A stretch of DNA of 63,903 nt, counting the filler, from Lama guanicoe (lineage: Eukaryota), in NCBI GenBank assembly GCA_013239625.1. It is 200 parts of 200 records of this genome, joined end to end, with 100 filler letters (N's around TTAATTAATTAA, not from the genome) between each part and the next. Parts side by side here need not be neighbours in the genome. Positions count along the whole stretch, not along the records: positions 36,800 to 37,019 come from PNXV01040403.1; positions 37,120 to 37,339 come from PNXV01040404.1; positions 37,440 to 37,659 come from PNXV01040405.1; positions 37,760 to 37,979 come from PNXV01040406.1; positions 38,080 to 38,299 come from PNXV01040407.1; positions 38,400 to 38,619 come from PNXV01040408.1; positions 38,720 to 38,939 come from PNXV01040409.1; positions 39,040 to 39,259 come from PNXV01040410.1; 192 more parts are not named here. The stretch is one strand, 5' to 3'. Shown one piece after another: positions 36,700 through 49,989 of this stretch. The number at the start of each line of letters is the position of its first letter. Positions within the stretch are counted from its first letter, which is position 1. Both the position numbers and the translations under genes were made by a program. Below the pieces are notes generated by a model that was not told where the DNA came from, made no database searches, and was given only the letters and a program-made list of their open reading frames with translations.

Positions 36700-36799
36700 N
36701 NNNNNNNNNNNNNNNNNNNNNNNNNNNNNNNNNNNNNNNNNNNTTAATTAATTAANNNNNNNNNNNNNNNNNNNNNNNNNNNNNNNNNNNNNNNNNNNN

Positions 36800-36940
36800 G
36801 AAACTATATTCAATATCTTGTAATAGCCTTTAATAAAAAAGAATATGCTAACAAATATATGTGTATATATGTGCATGACTGGGACCTTGGGCCGTACACC
36901 AGAAACTGACACATTGTAACTGACTAGACTTCAATAAATA
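36800..36940 (+). mobile_element. L1 3' end (camelid-like)
   Basis: aactatattcaatatcttgtaatagcc...gcatgactgggacc...tacaccagaaactgacacattgtaactgactagacttcaataaa. A homologous antisense copy is at 46118-46192. Confidence 0.85.
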
Positions 36941-37774
36941 TATACACATGAATTAAGACTAATGGAAATTTTTTTTATTGACAATGTTGACTAGAGAACA
37001 GGGAAATGGATACCTTCATNNNNNNNNNNNNNNNNNNNNNNNNNNNNNNNNNNNNNNNNNNNNTTAATTAATTAANNNNNNNNNNNNNNNNNNNNNNNNN
37101 NNNNNNNNNNNNNNNNNNNCATCTAAATAGAAGCTCTGTTAAAATCTGCACATATTGGCCAAGTGTTTGTTTCAAGTTTTGAAGGGAATTTTGACACGCA
37201 AATGATAAAATTTAACCATGTATTTGACACATGTGTTGAGACATAATGATAAGATATCGATGATTAATAGATTACCCCTACTGCTAACTAAGCCCCAAGC
37301 AACTGTTCTGAAGCATCTGTTGGAGAATATGCAGACGGTNNNNNNNNNNNNNNNNNNNNNNNNNNNNNNNNNNNNNNNNNNNNTTAATTAATTAANNNNN
37401 NNNNNNNNNNNNNNNNNNNNNNNNNNNNNNNNNNNNNNNAACACTTACATTGTTGATTCTTTCCTGGAAAACACGTTTATCCACACATTAAGTGGCTTTA
37501 TTTCTATTTGACTAAGTCATCCTTCCTTCCTCTAGTGGCTAGTAAAGTATTGGCCATTGCCAAATGAACGCTGAGTGTCCTTTTGGCACTATTTGCCTGT
37601 TGCCTACTGAGGTCCCTGTTTTAAAGAGCAAGCAAGCATCAGGGAGAGCTGGGACAGTCNNNNNNNNNNNNNNNNNNNNNNNNNNNNNNNNNNNNNNNNN
37701 NNNTTAATTAATTAANNNNNNNNNNNNNNNNNNNNNNNNNNNNNNNNNNNNNNNNNNNNTTGCATAACCCACAA

Positions 37775-37979
37775 CCCTCCCAGATCTCAGACTAGATTAC
37801 AAAAATACTGTAATCAAAACAGCGCAATACTGGAAAGCAAACAAACATCTATATCACTGGAACAGCACACAGAGGCAGAAATATAATATCACACTTATGG
37901 TCAATTAAGCTATGACAAAGGAAACAAAAGTATACAATGCCTTAAAGACAGTCTTCAGCAAGTGATGTTGAGAAAGCTA
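37775..37979 (+). mobile_element. L1 ORF2 fragment
   Basis: ctcccagatctcagactagattacaaaaatactgtaatcaaaacagc (LPDxRLxYKxTVIKTA)...tatggtcaattaagctatgacaaagg. Confidence 0.88.
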
Positions 37980-38399
37980 NNNNNNNNNNNNNNNNNNNNN
38001 NNNNNNNNNNNNNNNNNNNNNNNTTAATTAATTAANNNNNNNNNNNNNNNNNNNNNNNNNNNNNNNNNNNNNNNNNNNNTCACTGGTTGCCATCCACCCA
38101 GGGAGGCTCGGCCTGGGGGAGGCTTCCCACCTCGGTAGCTATTTTGAAAGGGCTTCTCTCTCCCCAAGGGTCTTCCAGTTGTCTGATGTTAGCTGTTTCC
38201 TCCTGCTGTCTGCACAAAGCAAGTGGGATTTCAGAGAATCAAGAGGAGACGGGACTGGGTGACCCTTCATTAATGCCATCGCCACACAGCATGGAGCTCN
38301 NNNNNNNNNNNNNNNNNNNNNNNNNNNNNNNNNNNNNNNNNNNTTAATTAATTAANNNNNNNNNNNNNNNNNNNNNNNNNNNNNNNNNNNNNNNNNNNN

Positions 38400-38619
38400 A
38401 TTTCGAGCTTGGCGGGAAGGAGCCCCGAGCCTGGCCCAGGACGCTCACCCCACCTCCCGACCAATCGGGAAGAGGCCACTGGGCGACAAGCTGCAAGGCT
38501 CCACCCCCTCCGCCTGCAGGGAACCCGGCCCGCCTCCTGGCCTCCACAGCCCCCACCTTTCAGCCCAGCTCCCTGCCCAGCCTCCAGGGGGCACCTGGGC
38601 CGCGTGCTGCCTCCAGGGA
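38400..38619. promoter_or_regulatory. GC-rich promoter-like fragment with CCAAT box
   Basis: GACCAATCGG NF-Y-like site near 38459 in GC-rich sequence containing CpG. Confidence 0.45.
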
Positions 38620-39359
38620 NNNNNNNNNNNNNNNNNNNNNNNNNNNNNNNNNNNNNNNNNNNNTTAATTAATTAANNNNNNNNNNNNNNNNNNNNNNNNN
38701 NNNNNNNNNNNNNNNNNNNGAGGGTAAGTTTTACCGTTTAAGTTACCGTAAGTGCAGTTACACCTGCTTCCTGCTTCTCCTGTGAGGTGAAGAACTAGTC
38801 TTTTCCAGAAAAGCTCTCATTCTGCGAACTCTCTTCTTTAAAATATTTGGAGATTCTTTTTTAAGGTTCTTTTACTTTTAAGTCTTTCCTCAACTCTACA
38901 TCCCATAACAAGTGTTAAAATTATCCAATAGCCTATTGTNNNNNNNNNNNNNNNNNNNNNNNNNNNNNNNNNNNNNNNNNNNNTTAATTAATTAANNNNN
39001 NNNNNNNNNNNNNNNNNNNNNNNNNNNNNNNNNNNNNNNTTTCTTGTGTGTGAAAATTCGAGTAGAGGTTGAGTTAAATGCTTTCGGTATTCAATTCCCC
39101 AAGCCTGGGCATCCATTCACCCTGTGACTTTTTCTAATGACCTGTTTCTCTCATACTGTCCTACGGCACCACGAAAGGTAATTTTAGAGACACTAATGAG
39201 TTTGGGAGAGTCAAGACAAACAGTGCAAAAGAAACAATCACCTCATTCTCCCCTTCCATNNNNNNNNNNNNNNNNNNNNNNNNNNNNNNNNNNNNNNNNN
39301 NNNTTAATTAATTAANNNNNNNNNNNNNNNNNNNNNNNNNNNNNNNNNNNNNNNNNNNN

Positions 39360-39579
39360 GGGATCTTTTCATGTGCTTATCCATTTGTGTATCTTCTTTG
39401 AAGACCTGGCTGTTCAGGTTTTTGCCCATTTTAAAATTGGATTGTCTTATTATGATTGAATTGTCAGAGCTCTTTTTGTATCCTTTGATCAGATGTAGGA
39501 TTTTCAAGTATTTTCTCCTGTTCAGGAGCTTGCCTTCTTGATGTTGTCTTTTGAAGAATAGAAGTTTTTAATTCTGATG
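39360..39579 (-). mobile_element. L1 ORF2 fragment
   Basis: atcttttcatgtgcttat...ccatttgtgtatcttctttg...tttgcccattttaaaattggattg. Confidence 0.85.
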
Positions 39580-40959
39580 NNNNNNNNNNNNNNNNNNNNN
39601 NNNNNNNNNNNNNNNNNNNNNNNTTAATTAATTAANNNNNNNNNNNNNNNNNNNNNNNNNNNNNNNNNNNNNNNNNNNNCACTTTGTTCGGATTCTACAG
39701 TCTCTGTAAAGTAAGAAAGCAGGTCCGCTGCTGAGAGAGCCTGACTGGTCGGCAAGAAGATTTGTCAACCGGGAAGGCTCTTTTGAAAAGGAGCTTTGGA
39801 GATTAGAGGAAAGAGCTGTTGATAAGAGAAGCCTAATAGGGTTTCTGTGCGACCAATAACAAACTTTTTGCTTCTACTGATTATTTGCTTCCTTCTAATN
39901 NNNNNNNNNNNNNNNNNNNNNNNNNNNNNNNNNNNNNNNNNNNTTAATTAATTAANNNNNNNNNNNNNNNNNNNNNNNNNNNNNNNNNNNNNNNNNNNNC
40001 CCACGGGGCAGGCCCCAGGTGTGCATTTGTAGAGAGTAGTTTTTTGGTTGGAATGGAGCCTTCCTCAGAGAGAACGTCTAAGGAAGCAGCTCTGTGCTGC
40101 CCTGAATGTGAGCTGGATGATTAGCATAACCCTGGCAGGAATTTTTGGTTGTTTCTGATGGTGGTGATATTTGTGTGAGGTTGCTTGAATATAGATCAGT
40201 GAGGCCATTGATCCCTGGGNNNNNNNNNNNNNNNNNNNNNNNNNNNNNNNNNNNNNNNNNNNNTTAATTAATTAANNNNNNNNNNNNNNNNNNNNNNNNN
40301 NNNNNNNNNNNNNNNNNNNCATCCTTCATCTCCAGGAAAATGAAATAAAATACAAGAGGAAGAGGTAAGGTCTCATGGAAACACACAAGGGTGTGAAAGT
40401 TCATAGAACGTTGGGCATTTAGTGGTGGGAACTTAGAGCGCATGATTTGGGGTGTCTAAATGTGAATCTAGTTAAAAATGGGAGGAAAGAACCTTAAACA
40501 CTGGCAGGAGTTTAAAATTGAATCTCTAGCCAGCAGATANNNNNNNNNNNNNNNNNNNNNNNNNNNNNNNNNNNNNNNNNNNNTTAATTAATTAANNNNN
40601 NNNNNNNNNNNNNNNNNNNNNNNNNNNNNNNNNNNNNNNTCGGAGGCCTTTATGCTAGTAAAACGGCTTTCAGTGGCGTTGTAAAGCCCGTATTGAGCTC
40701 AACTGTTCATCTTTAACCCCACTGTGCTATTATACCTCAACGAAGCACGGTGTTTGCATATGTGTGAATTACACAGGGATCATAAATCATGTATGCATTT
40801 GTACATAGCACTGGTTGGACTGCCGTACAGTGTTGTTTTATCTCATTAAGCTCTCCTTTNNNNNNNNNNNNNNNNNNNNNNNNNNNNNNNNNNNNNNNNN
40901 NNNTTAATTAATTAANNNNNNNNNNNNNNNNNNNNNNNNNNNNNNNNNNNNNNNNNNNN

Positions 40960-41179
40960 CTAGCCAACCGAATTGAACAGTTCATTAAAAGGATCATTCA
41001 CCATGGTCAACCATGAGTGGGATTTATTCTAGGAATGCAGTGATGGTTCAACATACACAAATCAATAAATGTAAAACCTCAAATTACTATAAAAAAGAAA
41101 AATCTTATGATTATCCCAATAGATACAGAGAAACCGTTTGACAAAATACAATACCTTTTTATGATTAAAAGCTCACAAC
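40960..41179 (+). mobile_element. L1 ORF2 RT fragment
   Basis: Reads [35 protein letters not shown], similar to L1 [36 protein letters not shown]. Confidence 0.92.
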
Positions 41180-41919
41180 NNNNNNNNNNNNNNNNNNNNN
41201 NNNNNNNNNNNNNNNNNNNNNNNTTAATTAATTAANNNNNNNNNNNNNNNNNNNNNNNNNNNNNNNNNNNNNNNNNNNNAACAAATATTTTCCAAATTAC
41301 CCAAGGAGCACATATTCTTTGTAAAAAAAGGGAAAGTCAAAGAAGCAGGAAATAAAATTTTTAACAAATCATCAGTAATTATATGTGTTTGTATGTGTGA
41401 GTAAACACACACACACATGCGTGCATACATGCACACGTGCGCACGCACATACACACACAGTCTGAAAGACGCACAGTAAGTGATCAGCATCGGGTAACCN
41501 NNNNNNNNNNNNNNNNNNNNNNNNNNNNNNNNNNNNNNNNNNNTTAATTAATTAANNNNNNNNNNNNNNNNNNNNNNNNNNNNNNNNNNNNNNNNNNNNC
41601 TCTTAGATACTACCATAGTATTTAGCCAAGAGCAAATAGAGCTATACAGCTCCAAGAATCAAATGTAACTTATGTAACTTTCAGTGTCCTCCTTTTTAGG
41701 ATGACGTAGTGGTCCTGTCCTTGATGACAGGTTAACTGTACAATCATGGAAATATTATTAACCATCAGATAGAGAAAGAAATTTTATCACAGATCTAGCA
41801 GAGTTAATTTATTCCTTTTNNNNNNNNNNNNNNNNNNNNNNNNNNNNNNNNNNNNNNNNNNNNTTAATTAATTAANNNNNNNNNNNNNNNNNNNNNNNNN
41901 NNNNNNNNNNNNNNNNNNN

Positions 41920-42139
41920 GTTTCATCACAGTCCTGATGGTTAACTCCATCTCCAGCCCGTCTTCTCTTCCAGAGGACGGGGGTGGGGCTGAAGCTTCCA
42001 CTTCTAACACTTCTAACCCTGGTCTGTCTTTCTGGTCCCGCCCCATCCAGGCACCCACCCAGAGTCGCTTCATCAGAGCAAAGGATGCTGCTGTCATCCA
42101 GGAAACTCAAGGGACTCAGGAGCTCTGGCCAGGGACCAG
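41920..42139. mobile_element. MER21-like LTR fragment
   Basis: aactccatctccagccc...ggggtggggctgaagcttcca...agagtcgcttcatcagagcaaaggatgct...ccaggaaactcaagggactcaggagctct. Confidence 0.75.
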
Positions 42140-42310
42140 NNNNNNNNNNNNNNNNNNNNNNNNNNNNNNNNNNNNNNNNNNNNTTAATTAATTAANNNNN
42201 NNNNNNNNNNNNNNNNNNNNNNNNNNNNNNNNNNNNNNNTGGAAAGTTGGCTGGTTGTTCACAGAGGTTCCTCACAAGGGAGCACCTTGTTAAATTCACT
42301 ATAAGCCAGA

Positions 42311-42459
42311 AGGGCAGATTTCAAACTTTTTAAAATTGTAACTCCCAGTAAGAAACATATGTTATGGAGTGACCCAGTATATACACATACGCAGTCACTC
42401 ATTAGAGTCGTCCTAAATATGGTACATTCTGAATGATTCAGTTCTGTCCTATCCTATCC
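42311..42459. mobile_element. hAT-Charlie (MER119-like) fragment
   Basis: ttcaaacttttt...cccagtaagaaacatatgttatggagtgacccagtatatacacatac. Confidence 0.5.
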
Positions 42460-44159
42460 NNNNNNNNNNNNNNNNNNNNNNNNNNNNNNNNNNNNNNNNN
42501 NNNTTAATTAATTAANNNNNNNNNNNNNNNNNNNNNNNNNNNNNNNNNNNNNNNNNNNNGGAGGCTTCACCTCAGCCTGCGCACTCAGAGTCATTTAACA
42601 GAGGGTCAGTTTCTTCTTCAATATTTGAAAGTAGAGAAAAACTCATTTCTAAAAATGGATCATGAGAAAATGAAAGACAGGTCCATGAGAAAGGCAGAAA
42701 ATGCAGACCATGGATCTGAATTAGCTGGACATATAAATTAGAAACCAATATTAAGAAGAGTTGGAGGACAAAAAAAAAANNNNNNNNNNNNNNNNNNNNN
42801 NNNNNNNNNNNNNNNNNNNNNNNTTAATTAATTAANNNNNNNNNNNNNNNNNNNNNNNNNNNNNNNNNNNNNNNNNNNNACAGGGATTTATTCCCCCCAC
42901 AACCTGACCCCTTTTCATTTTAGCAGATAAAATGTCTGGAGGCTGCCTGCTACAGCTTGCTGACATGTGGCACTCAGTCAGCATTAAGACTGAAATACAC
43001 TGCCACACCATACTGCACTTTGTGCAGATGGGTTTGAGAAGGAGGCACAAATGTCATCTAAGATGCAAGTTCAAGATGTTGTCATCATTATTAGTCATGN
43101 NNNNNNNNNNNNNNNNNNNNNNNNNNNNNNNNNNNNNNNNNNNTTAATTAATTAANNNNNNNNNNNNNNNNNNNNNNNNNNNNNNNNNNNNNNNNNNNNG
43201 AGCTCATGGGGCACCGTAGCGAGCAGGGCGGCTGCTAGAGGAATGCGGTGTGACGTTCACGACATCCACGGCAGGACTTCACCCTCTCCACCCTGACGTC
43301 GTCGTGGGGCGGCAGGAGCCACTTATCGAGGGCCCCTTGGCTGGAGCCGGAAGTCCTCTGCGATGCTTCCCCTGCTTGTCATGCCAGTGGATGCTTCCCC
43401 AGAAAATTCCTTTTTCCCANNNNNNNNNNNNNNNNNNNNNNNNNNNNNNNNNNNNNNNNNNNNTTAATTAATTAANNNNNNNNNNNNNNNNNNNNNNNNN
43501 NNNNNNNNNNNNNNNNNNNGGTGAATCCAGTAGACGTTTAAATGTTTGCTGAGCTAAAGGCTGTGAAATCCTGTTTTGTTTGTTCCATTGCTAGTAAATT
43601 AGAAACTGTGTGTTTATTCATCATTCAGATTTTCCTCACTAGAGGAAATTAAGGGTTGTTTTGTTTTATTTTATTAGTTTGTTTAAAGAGCAAGGAGCAA
43701 GTGTTCTTGTCATCCACCTTAATTTAGTGTCTTTTTTTTNNNNNNNNNNNNNNNNNNNNNNNNNNNNNNNNNNNNNNNNNNNNTTAATTAATTAANNNNN
43801 NNNNNNNNNNNNNNNNNNNNNNNNNNNNNNNNNNNNNNNAGCCTCAACCACTCTTTTGGAGGCTTCCTTCCCTTGCCTCTGCCTCTGCCATGCACCATCA
43901 ACAAAGGTGGATGGCAGGAAGGATTGAATCTGACAGCAAGAATGCTTCCTAGCTGCAGGGTGGTTTGGCACTGCCAAAGGATGGATGGAGAATGGAAGAA
44001 GTGTCTACCGTCTGTTGTGAGGGAATGGGTTGACCATTTGTAAAAACAGGATAATCTCTNNNNNNNNNNNNNNNNNNNNNNNNNNNNNNNNNNNNNNNNN
44101 NNNTTAATTAATTAANNNNNNNNNNNNNNNNNNNNNNNNNNNNNNNNNNNNNNNNNNNN

Positions 44160-44379
44160 CATCTTTGTGTTCCTGCCAGCTATCTCTTTATTTTGTTCTT
44201 GCAATTCATTGGCTGAAGGAACTGGATCGTGTATCCCAAAGTTTCCCAGAGTCTAGATTTGGTTGCTGTTTGTCTCCAATGTGTAGCTTAATATGTTCTT
44301 TTGGCTTCTGTGTTTTCCTTAAACAGGGAAGTAGATCTAGAGAATTAATCAGATTCAGGTTCAATTTGGAGGGAAGACA
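44160..44379 (-). mobile_element. Old L1 (L1MC-type) 3' UTR fragment
   Basis: gcaattcattggctgaaggaactgg...gtttcccagagtctagatttgg...ttaatcagattcaggttcaa. Confidence 0.65.
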
Positions 44380-45236
44380 NNNNNNNNNNNNNNNNNNNNN
44401 NNNNNNNNNNNNNNNNNNNNNNNTTAATTAATTAANNNNNNNNNNNNNNNNNNNNNNNNNNNNNNNNNNNNNNNNNNNNATTACTTCCATCAGTTGCATT
44501 ATGATGCCATTTCTCTGAAAAATAATTGGTTTTTTTAAAATTATTTGACTAGTCTCTTCAAATTTTAAAAGTCTCATTAATTTTCTTGACCACTGAGCAC
44601 CGACTGATCGAAGCTCAAAATGTGAGGATTGGCTGACTTTTCAGTCAAATTGTGGAAGAACTAGTTTATGACACCTTCCTTTGTTGCTTCTTTTTTTGTN
44701 NNNNNNNNNNNNNNNNNNNNNNNNNNNNNNNNNNNNNNNNNNNTTAATTAATTAANNNNNNNNNNNNNNNNNNNNNNNNNNNNNNNNNNNNNNNNNNNNC
44801 CCCCTTGACCCTGGAGAAGCAGTGTGCGACATGTGGGAGGGACTGCGGGCCACCAGAGGAAGGCCTCGACCCCCAAGTGGACTTGATTTTGGAGACAGCG
44901 GACGTGGGTTATGCGTTCCCACGGGGCTCTGACTCTCAGGGCCCAGGTACTACTGGGGGTAGGGATCCCCCACTGCTCTGGGGTACCTGAGAGCAGCAGC
45001 AGTAACCCCCAGAACTGTCNNNNNNNNNNNNNNNNNNNNNNNNNNNNNNNNNNNNNNNNNNNNTTAATTAATTAANNNNNNNNNNNNNNNNNNNNNNNNN
45101 NNNNNNNNNNNNNNNNNNNCTGCTTACTGTCCTGGACCACAGATGGCGGCAGACACCATGGGATACGGCGCAGGGAACCGTGGCTCCAGCAGGACCCCTC
45201 TGTGCGGCCCTGGTGGCCATCACGGGCAGGCCTTAC

Positions 45237-45339
45237 CTCCGCCAGCTTGAGGGTCTTGAGGTCACGTTTTCCCACGAAGGATCCGTGGCGCACAGGCTGC
45301 GGGGCCTCTGGTGGCGGCCAGAGCAGTGTCTGCACTAAG
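45237..45339 (-). CDS. Candidate coding exon fragment (LVQTLLWPPPEAPQPVRHGSFVGKRDLKTLKLAE), gene unidentified
   Basis: Open frame with GC3-rich codons ending at a strong phase-0 donor GAG|GTAAGG. Confidence 0.35.
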
Positions 45340-46117
45340 NNNNNNNNNNNNNNNNNNNNNNNNNNNNNNNNNNNNNNNNNNNNTTAATTAATTAANNNNN
45401 NNNNNNNNNNNNNNNNNNNNNNNNNNNNNNNNNNNNNNNAAAAAAATCACAATTTTATCATCAAGCTAATTTTAGTCTAAAACACTAATATATGTCAATA
45501 TCTTTGAAGTAAAAGACTAATTGCTATCTAATTTATGTGTGAAAGAAACAAATTTTTCCAGCTATCCCTGTGTTCCAATATGCCAATTTATACCTTTCTT
45601 GAAAAAATTTGTGTTTTATACAATTGACTAAATGATGGACCAAAAACAATAGGATAATANNNNNNNNNNNNNNNNNNNNNNNNNNNNNNNNNNNNNNNNN
45701 NNNTTAATTAATTAANNNNNNNNNNNNNNNNNNNNNNNNNNNNNNNNNNNNNNNNNNNNAGGTTCTCCCTGACGGCACCTGGAAGCTCCAGCAGGGTCAG
45801 CTCACGGCGCAGACCCCAGGACAGAACCCCGAGGGGCACTGATGTCAGGCACCCCGCACTCTGCGGCCAAGTGCTGCCAGGTGGCTGGAAGCTGTTCTCT
45901 GAGGAGACTGAGCTCGAACTTCCCGCTGAACTGTTCCAGAGGGGGTCCCAGACAGAAACCGCTGTCTTGGGCATCCACCNNNNNNNNNNNNNNNNNNNNN
46001 NNNNNNNNNNNNNNNNNNNNNNNTTAATTAATTAANNNNNNNNNNNNNNNNNNNNNNNNNNNNNNNNNNNNNNNNNNNNCATCGAGATGAAGGGCTGAGA
46101 GGGAGCTGGCGGCTCAG

Positions 46118-46192
46118 TTTTTTTTTTTCTATTGAAGTACAGTCAATTCCCATGTGTCAGTTTCTGGTGTACAGCACAATGTCCCAGTCATG
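46118..46192 (-). mobile_element. 5'-truncated L1 3' end with poly(A) tail
   Basis: T-run followed by attgaagtacagtca...tgtgtcagtttctggtgtacagcacaatgtcccagtcatg, the reverse complement of the 36875-36935 element. Confidence 0.85.
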
Positions 46193-48075
46193 GAGATGTT
46201 GTTTTCAGGATGGTTTTGATGGGGAAGAAGGGAAACATGGTTGTTTTCTTCTCTATAAGCTTGACTTGCCTGGAGTGTAACATCGGGTACAGCCCAGCAN
46301 NNNNNNNNNNNNNNNNNNNNNNNNNNNNNNNNNNNNNNNNNNNTTAATTAATTAANNNNNNNNNNNNNNNNNNNNNNNNNNNNNNNNNNNNNNNNNNNNG
46401 GACTACTACTTGTCCATGAAGAATAACTAGAAAGGTAGATGATCTAAATTTTCATCATCATAGAATATTCATAGTCAAGGGCTATAGGTTAGCATCCTTC
46501 AGAATATTAACTAATTGTTAAAATAACTATTTTTGTACCTATTAAGTTTCAGAAACTATCCTCTTCATCTATTTAATCCCAGCATCAATGTTTAAGCAGA
46601 TCATGGCCAGAAAAAAAAANNNNNNNNNNNNNNNNNNNNNNNNNNNNNNNNNNNNNNNNNNNNTTAATTAATTAANNNNNNNNNNNNNNNNNNNNNNNNN
46701 NNNNNNNNNNNNNNNNNNNTGGGCAAATTCAAGCACTGTGGAAAAGACTCCATTCAACCTGGAGTCACCTTGCTGCAGATCCCAGCCATGTTGGGACGTG
46801 CACACATATTTCCAAAGATAACAGAGTTTGAAGGGGAAGGGAGAGCAAGTTCCAGGCAAAGGGTAGGGGGAAAGGGCAGGGTGGAAGACGGTCAAGAGAG
46901 CAGGAGAACCAAGAGGGTGACAGTGCACATGTGACTTGGNNNNNNNNNNNNNNNNNNNNNNNNNNNNNNNNNNNNNNNNNNNNTTAATTAATTAANNNNN
47001 NNNNNNNNNNNNNNNNNNNNNNNNNNNNNNNNNNNNNNNCAGGGACCCCTGGGCAGAGAAGGAAAAGCAGGAACCTCTGGGCTGAAAAGCGGTCACACAT
47101 TTTGTGGTGACCAGTGGCCCGGAGGCCAACAAAGAAAGGTGGGAAAAGGCAGGAAGCTCCAGTATCTGAATATAACTTTTGCTTATTATGCCCTTGTTTC
47201 AATAAAATTACCTTGCAGATTAGAAGTACCCATCATGCACTGATGCCATGACACTTCTGNNNNNNNNNNNNNNNNNNNNNNNNNNNNNNNNNNNNNNNNN
47301 NNNTTAATTAATTAANNNNNNNNNNNNNNNNNNNNNNNNNNNNNNNNNNNNNNNNNNNNTTGTTTTGCAGTAAATCAACTTACAAAGAGCATGTGAAACA
47401 AAAATTGTGTATCATTACCGTTATTAAGTTGTATTATTAATAGAGCATCAAATATAGATTACATTTTTCAACAATGTAAACTAATAATTAGCCAGACAAA
47501 TAGTAGCAAAAACTCATCAGTCTCCCAGTATCACAGTAGTCAGTAGCTGTGGGAGGAACATACATAATACAAAAAAAAANNNNNNNNNNNNNNNNNNNNN
47601 NNNNNNNNNNNNNNNNNNNNNNNTTAATTAATTAANNNNNNNNNNNNNNNNNNNNNNNNNNNNNNNNNNNNNNNNNNNNTATTTACCATAGGAACAACAG
47701 TACTGAAAATTTTTGCATTACAACAGAATCAGTTCTGATACTGATATTCAAATCAATACAAAGCACTATTTGTATAGATGGCTTGTACTTCATTCATCTT
47801 TATGTATAAAATGACTTCAGATAAGAAATAAAGCTGTAGATTTACTGCAGATATCATTTTACACAGCACTAATTTATAGATACAGTAGTATATTTTGCCN
47901 NNNNNNNNNNNNNNNNNNNNNNNNNNNNNNNNNNNNNNNNNNNTTAATTAATTAANNNNNNNNNNNNNNNNNNNNNNNNNNNNNNNNNNNNNNNNNNNNC
48001 CTGTGCACAAGCTGTGTGCAGAACCAGACATCAAACTCTAAGAGGGAATGTGTCTCCATCATTGCATGATGAAAG

Positions 48076-48093
48076 TCTCTCTCTCTCTCTCTC
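48076..48093. repeat. (TC)9 microsatellite
   Basis: Directly visible in the sequence. Confidence 0.9.
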
Positions 48094-48707
48094 AGACCGT
48101 GGTTTCTTCTCGGCTATTTCATTACAGCTTGTGAAAATCTTCATATTGAGGGCTAAGTAAAAGCTTATCTGTTTTGGTCCCCCGTTGTGAATCTATCTTA
48201 CGTTTGAGAATTATTTTCTNNNNNNNNNNNNNNNNNNNNNNNNNNNNNNNNNNNNNNNNNNNNTTAATTAATTAANNNNNNNNNNNNNNNNNNNNNNNNN
48301 NNNNNNNNNNNNNNNNNNNCGGGAAAGCTTCAGGTCTGCGCGCCTGTTGGTGCCTTCAGGGCCGCACATGGAGCCTTGGGGGAAGGGAGAGGGGCTCAGG
48401 AACACGCTGTTTGGCTGGAGGACCATGGATGCCTGATGGCGGAGGGTTTGCTGTCAGCTGCACCACTTCCTAGGTGTGCTGTCCTGGAAGAGCCGCCATT
48501 GGCCCAGCATGCTGGCCTGTACGTGATGCTGTTTGGGGGNNNNNNNNNNNNNNNNNNNNNNNNNNNNNNNNNNNNNNNNNNNNTTAATTAATTAANNNNN
48601 NNNNNNNNNNNNNNNNNNNNNNNNNNNNNNNNNNNNNNNACAGGTGACAGCTCTTTTCAGTCTCACTGATTTTCTTGTTTGCTTCCCCGTTTCTCCTCTT
48701 GGCACAG

Positions 48708-48743
48708 GCTGTGGAGTTCTGTGGAGACGTAGACCAAGATCAG
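48708..48743 (+). CDS. Candidate 36-nt exon (AVEFCGDVDQDQ if phase 0), gene unidentified
   Basis: Branch-like CTGAT, long pyrimidine tract, CAG| acceptor, CAG|GTCAGC donor, length divisible by 3. Confidence 0.35.
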
Positions 48744-49989
48744 GTCAGCGTCAGGAGCCTTCCCATGGTAGCTGAGCCGTCTGAGGACACCTCTCTGGCT
48801 TATGCTGGTGGGGAAGGGATCCAACAGCATGCTTCACACACACATTTGCTTAGGGAAAANNNNNNNNNNNNNNNNNNNNNNNNNNNNNNNNNNNNNNNNN
48901 NNNTTAATTAATTAANNNNNNNNNNNNNNNNNNNNNNNNNNNNNNNNNNNNNNNNNNNNTTTTATTTGTTTGTTTTCCCAGGGGAGATTTGGGATTATTC
49001 TTGCCTGATCCTCAGTGATGCTTGTGGTTCTCAGCCCTGCCTCTACCTCTGCACTTCTGTTCTCTTCCAGCTGATGCTCTACTAGGGAAGTGAACTTCCC
49101 AGATCTCACTCAGCCCCACTGCCTCCCGGTCCCGCCCATCTTTGTGTTTCTGGATGGGCTGCTGCAAAGCTCTCATCCTNNNNNNNNNNNNNNNNNNNNN
49201 NNNNNNNNNNNNNNNNNNNNNNNTTAATTAATTAANNNNNNNNNNNNNNNNNNNNNNNNNNNNNNNNNNNNNNNNNNNNGAGGTATATATTTACCTGTAG
49301 ATAAAAGATACATATTTACATACATTTTATTAAAATATGTTACATTGTATATATTACATGCAACACATAAGTACACATGTTTCCATGAAACACTGAAGTT
49401 ACATGTCAACGTGTGCATCCGTATTACGCTCTGGACCCACGTATACGGTACATACGTGTGCGTGTCTCTATATGGGCAGACACGCAGGTGAGACAGGGAN
49501 NNNNNNNNNNNNNNNNNNNNNNNNNNNNNNNNNNNNNNNNNNNTTAATTAATTAANNNNNNNNNNNNNNNNNNNNNNNNNNNNNNNNNNNNNNNNNNNNT
49601 GAAGCCTAAATGAGATATAAGAGCACAAATGATAGAAAAAATATCAAGAAGCATTAAGCTACATATTCAGACCCAAAATGTATAGTACTAAGCACTAATG
49701 ATAATGTTATAATAATAGTATTATTTGTCATATGCATAAAGCTTAGAAATATCATGACCGTTTTCCTTAATTTTTCTTCACTAGAGGTTTTGGAGATGAG
49801 CAGAGCAAAAAAGTTTTTTNNNNNNNNNNNNNNNNNNNNNNNNNNNNNNNNNNNNNNNNNNNNTTAATTAATTAANNNNNNNNNNNNNNNNNNNNNNNNN
49901 NNNNNNNNNNNNNNNNNNNATTTAGAAATTGCAATATAGTAGAGATGGGATGGGCCTGATTTTTTTTTAAATAATTGGACTCATTGCCT

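Noticed and set aside
45760..45979. Contig open in frames on both strands
   Set aside because: GC-rich sequence is often stop-poor. There is no recognisable protein and no splice signals.
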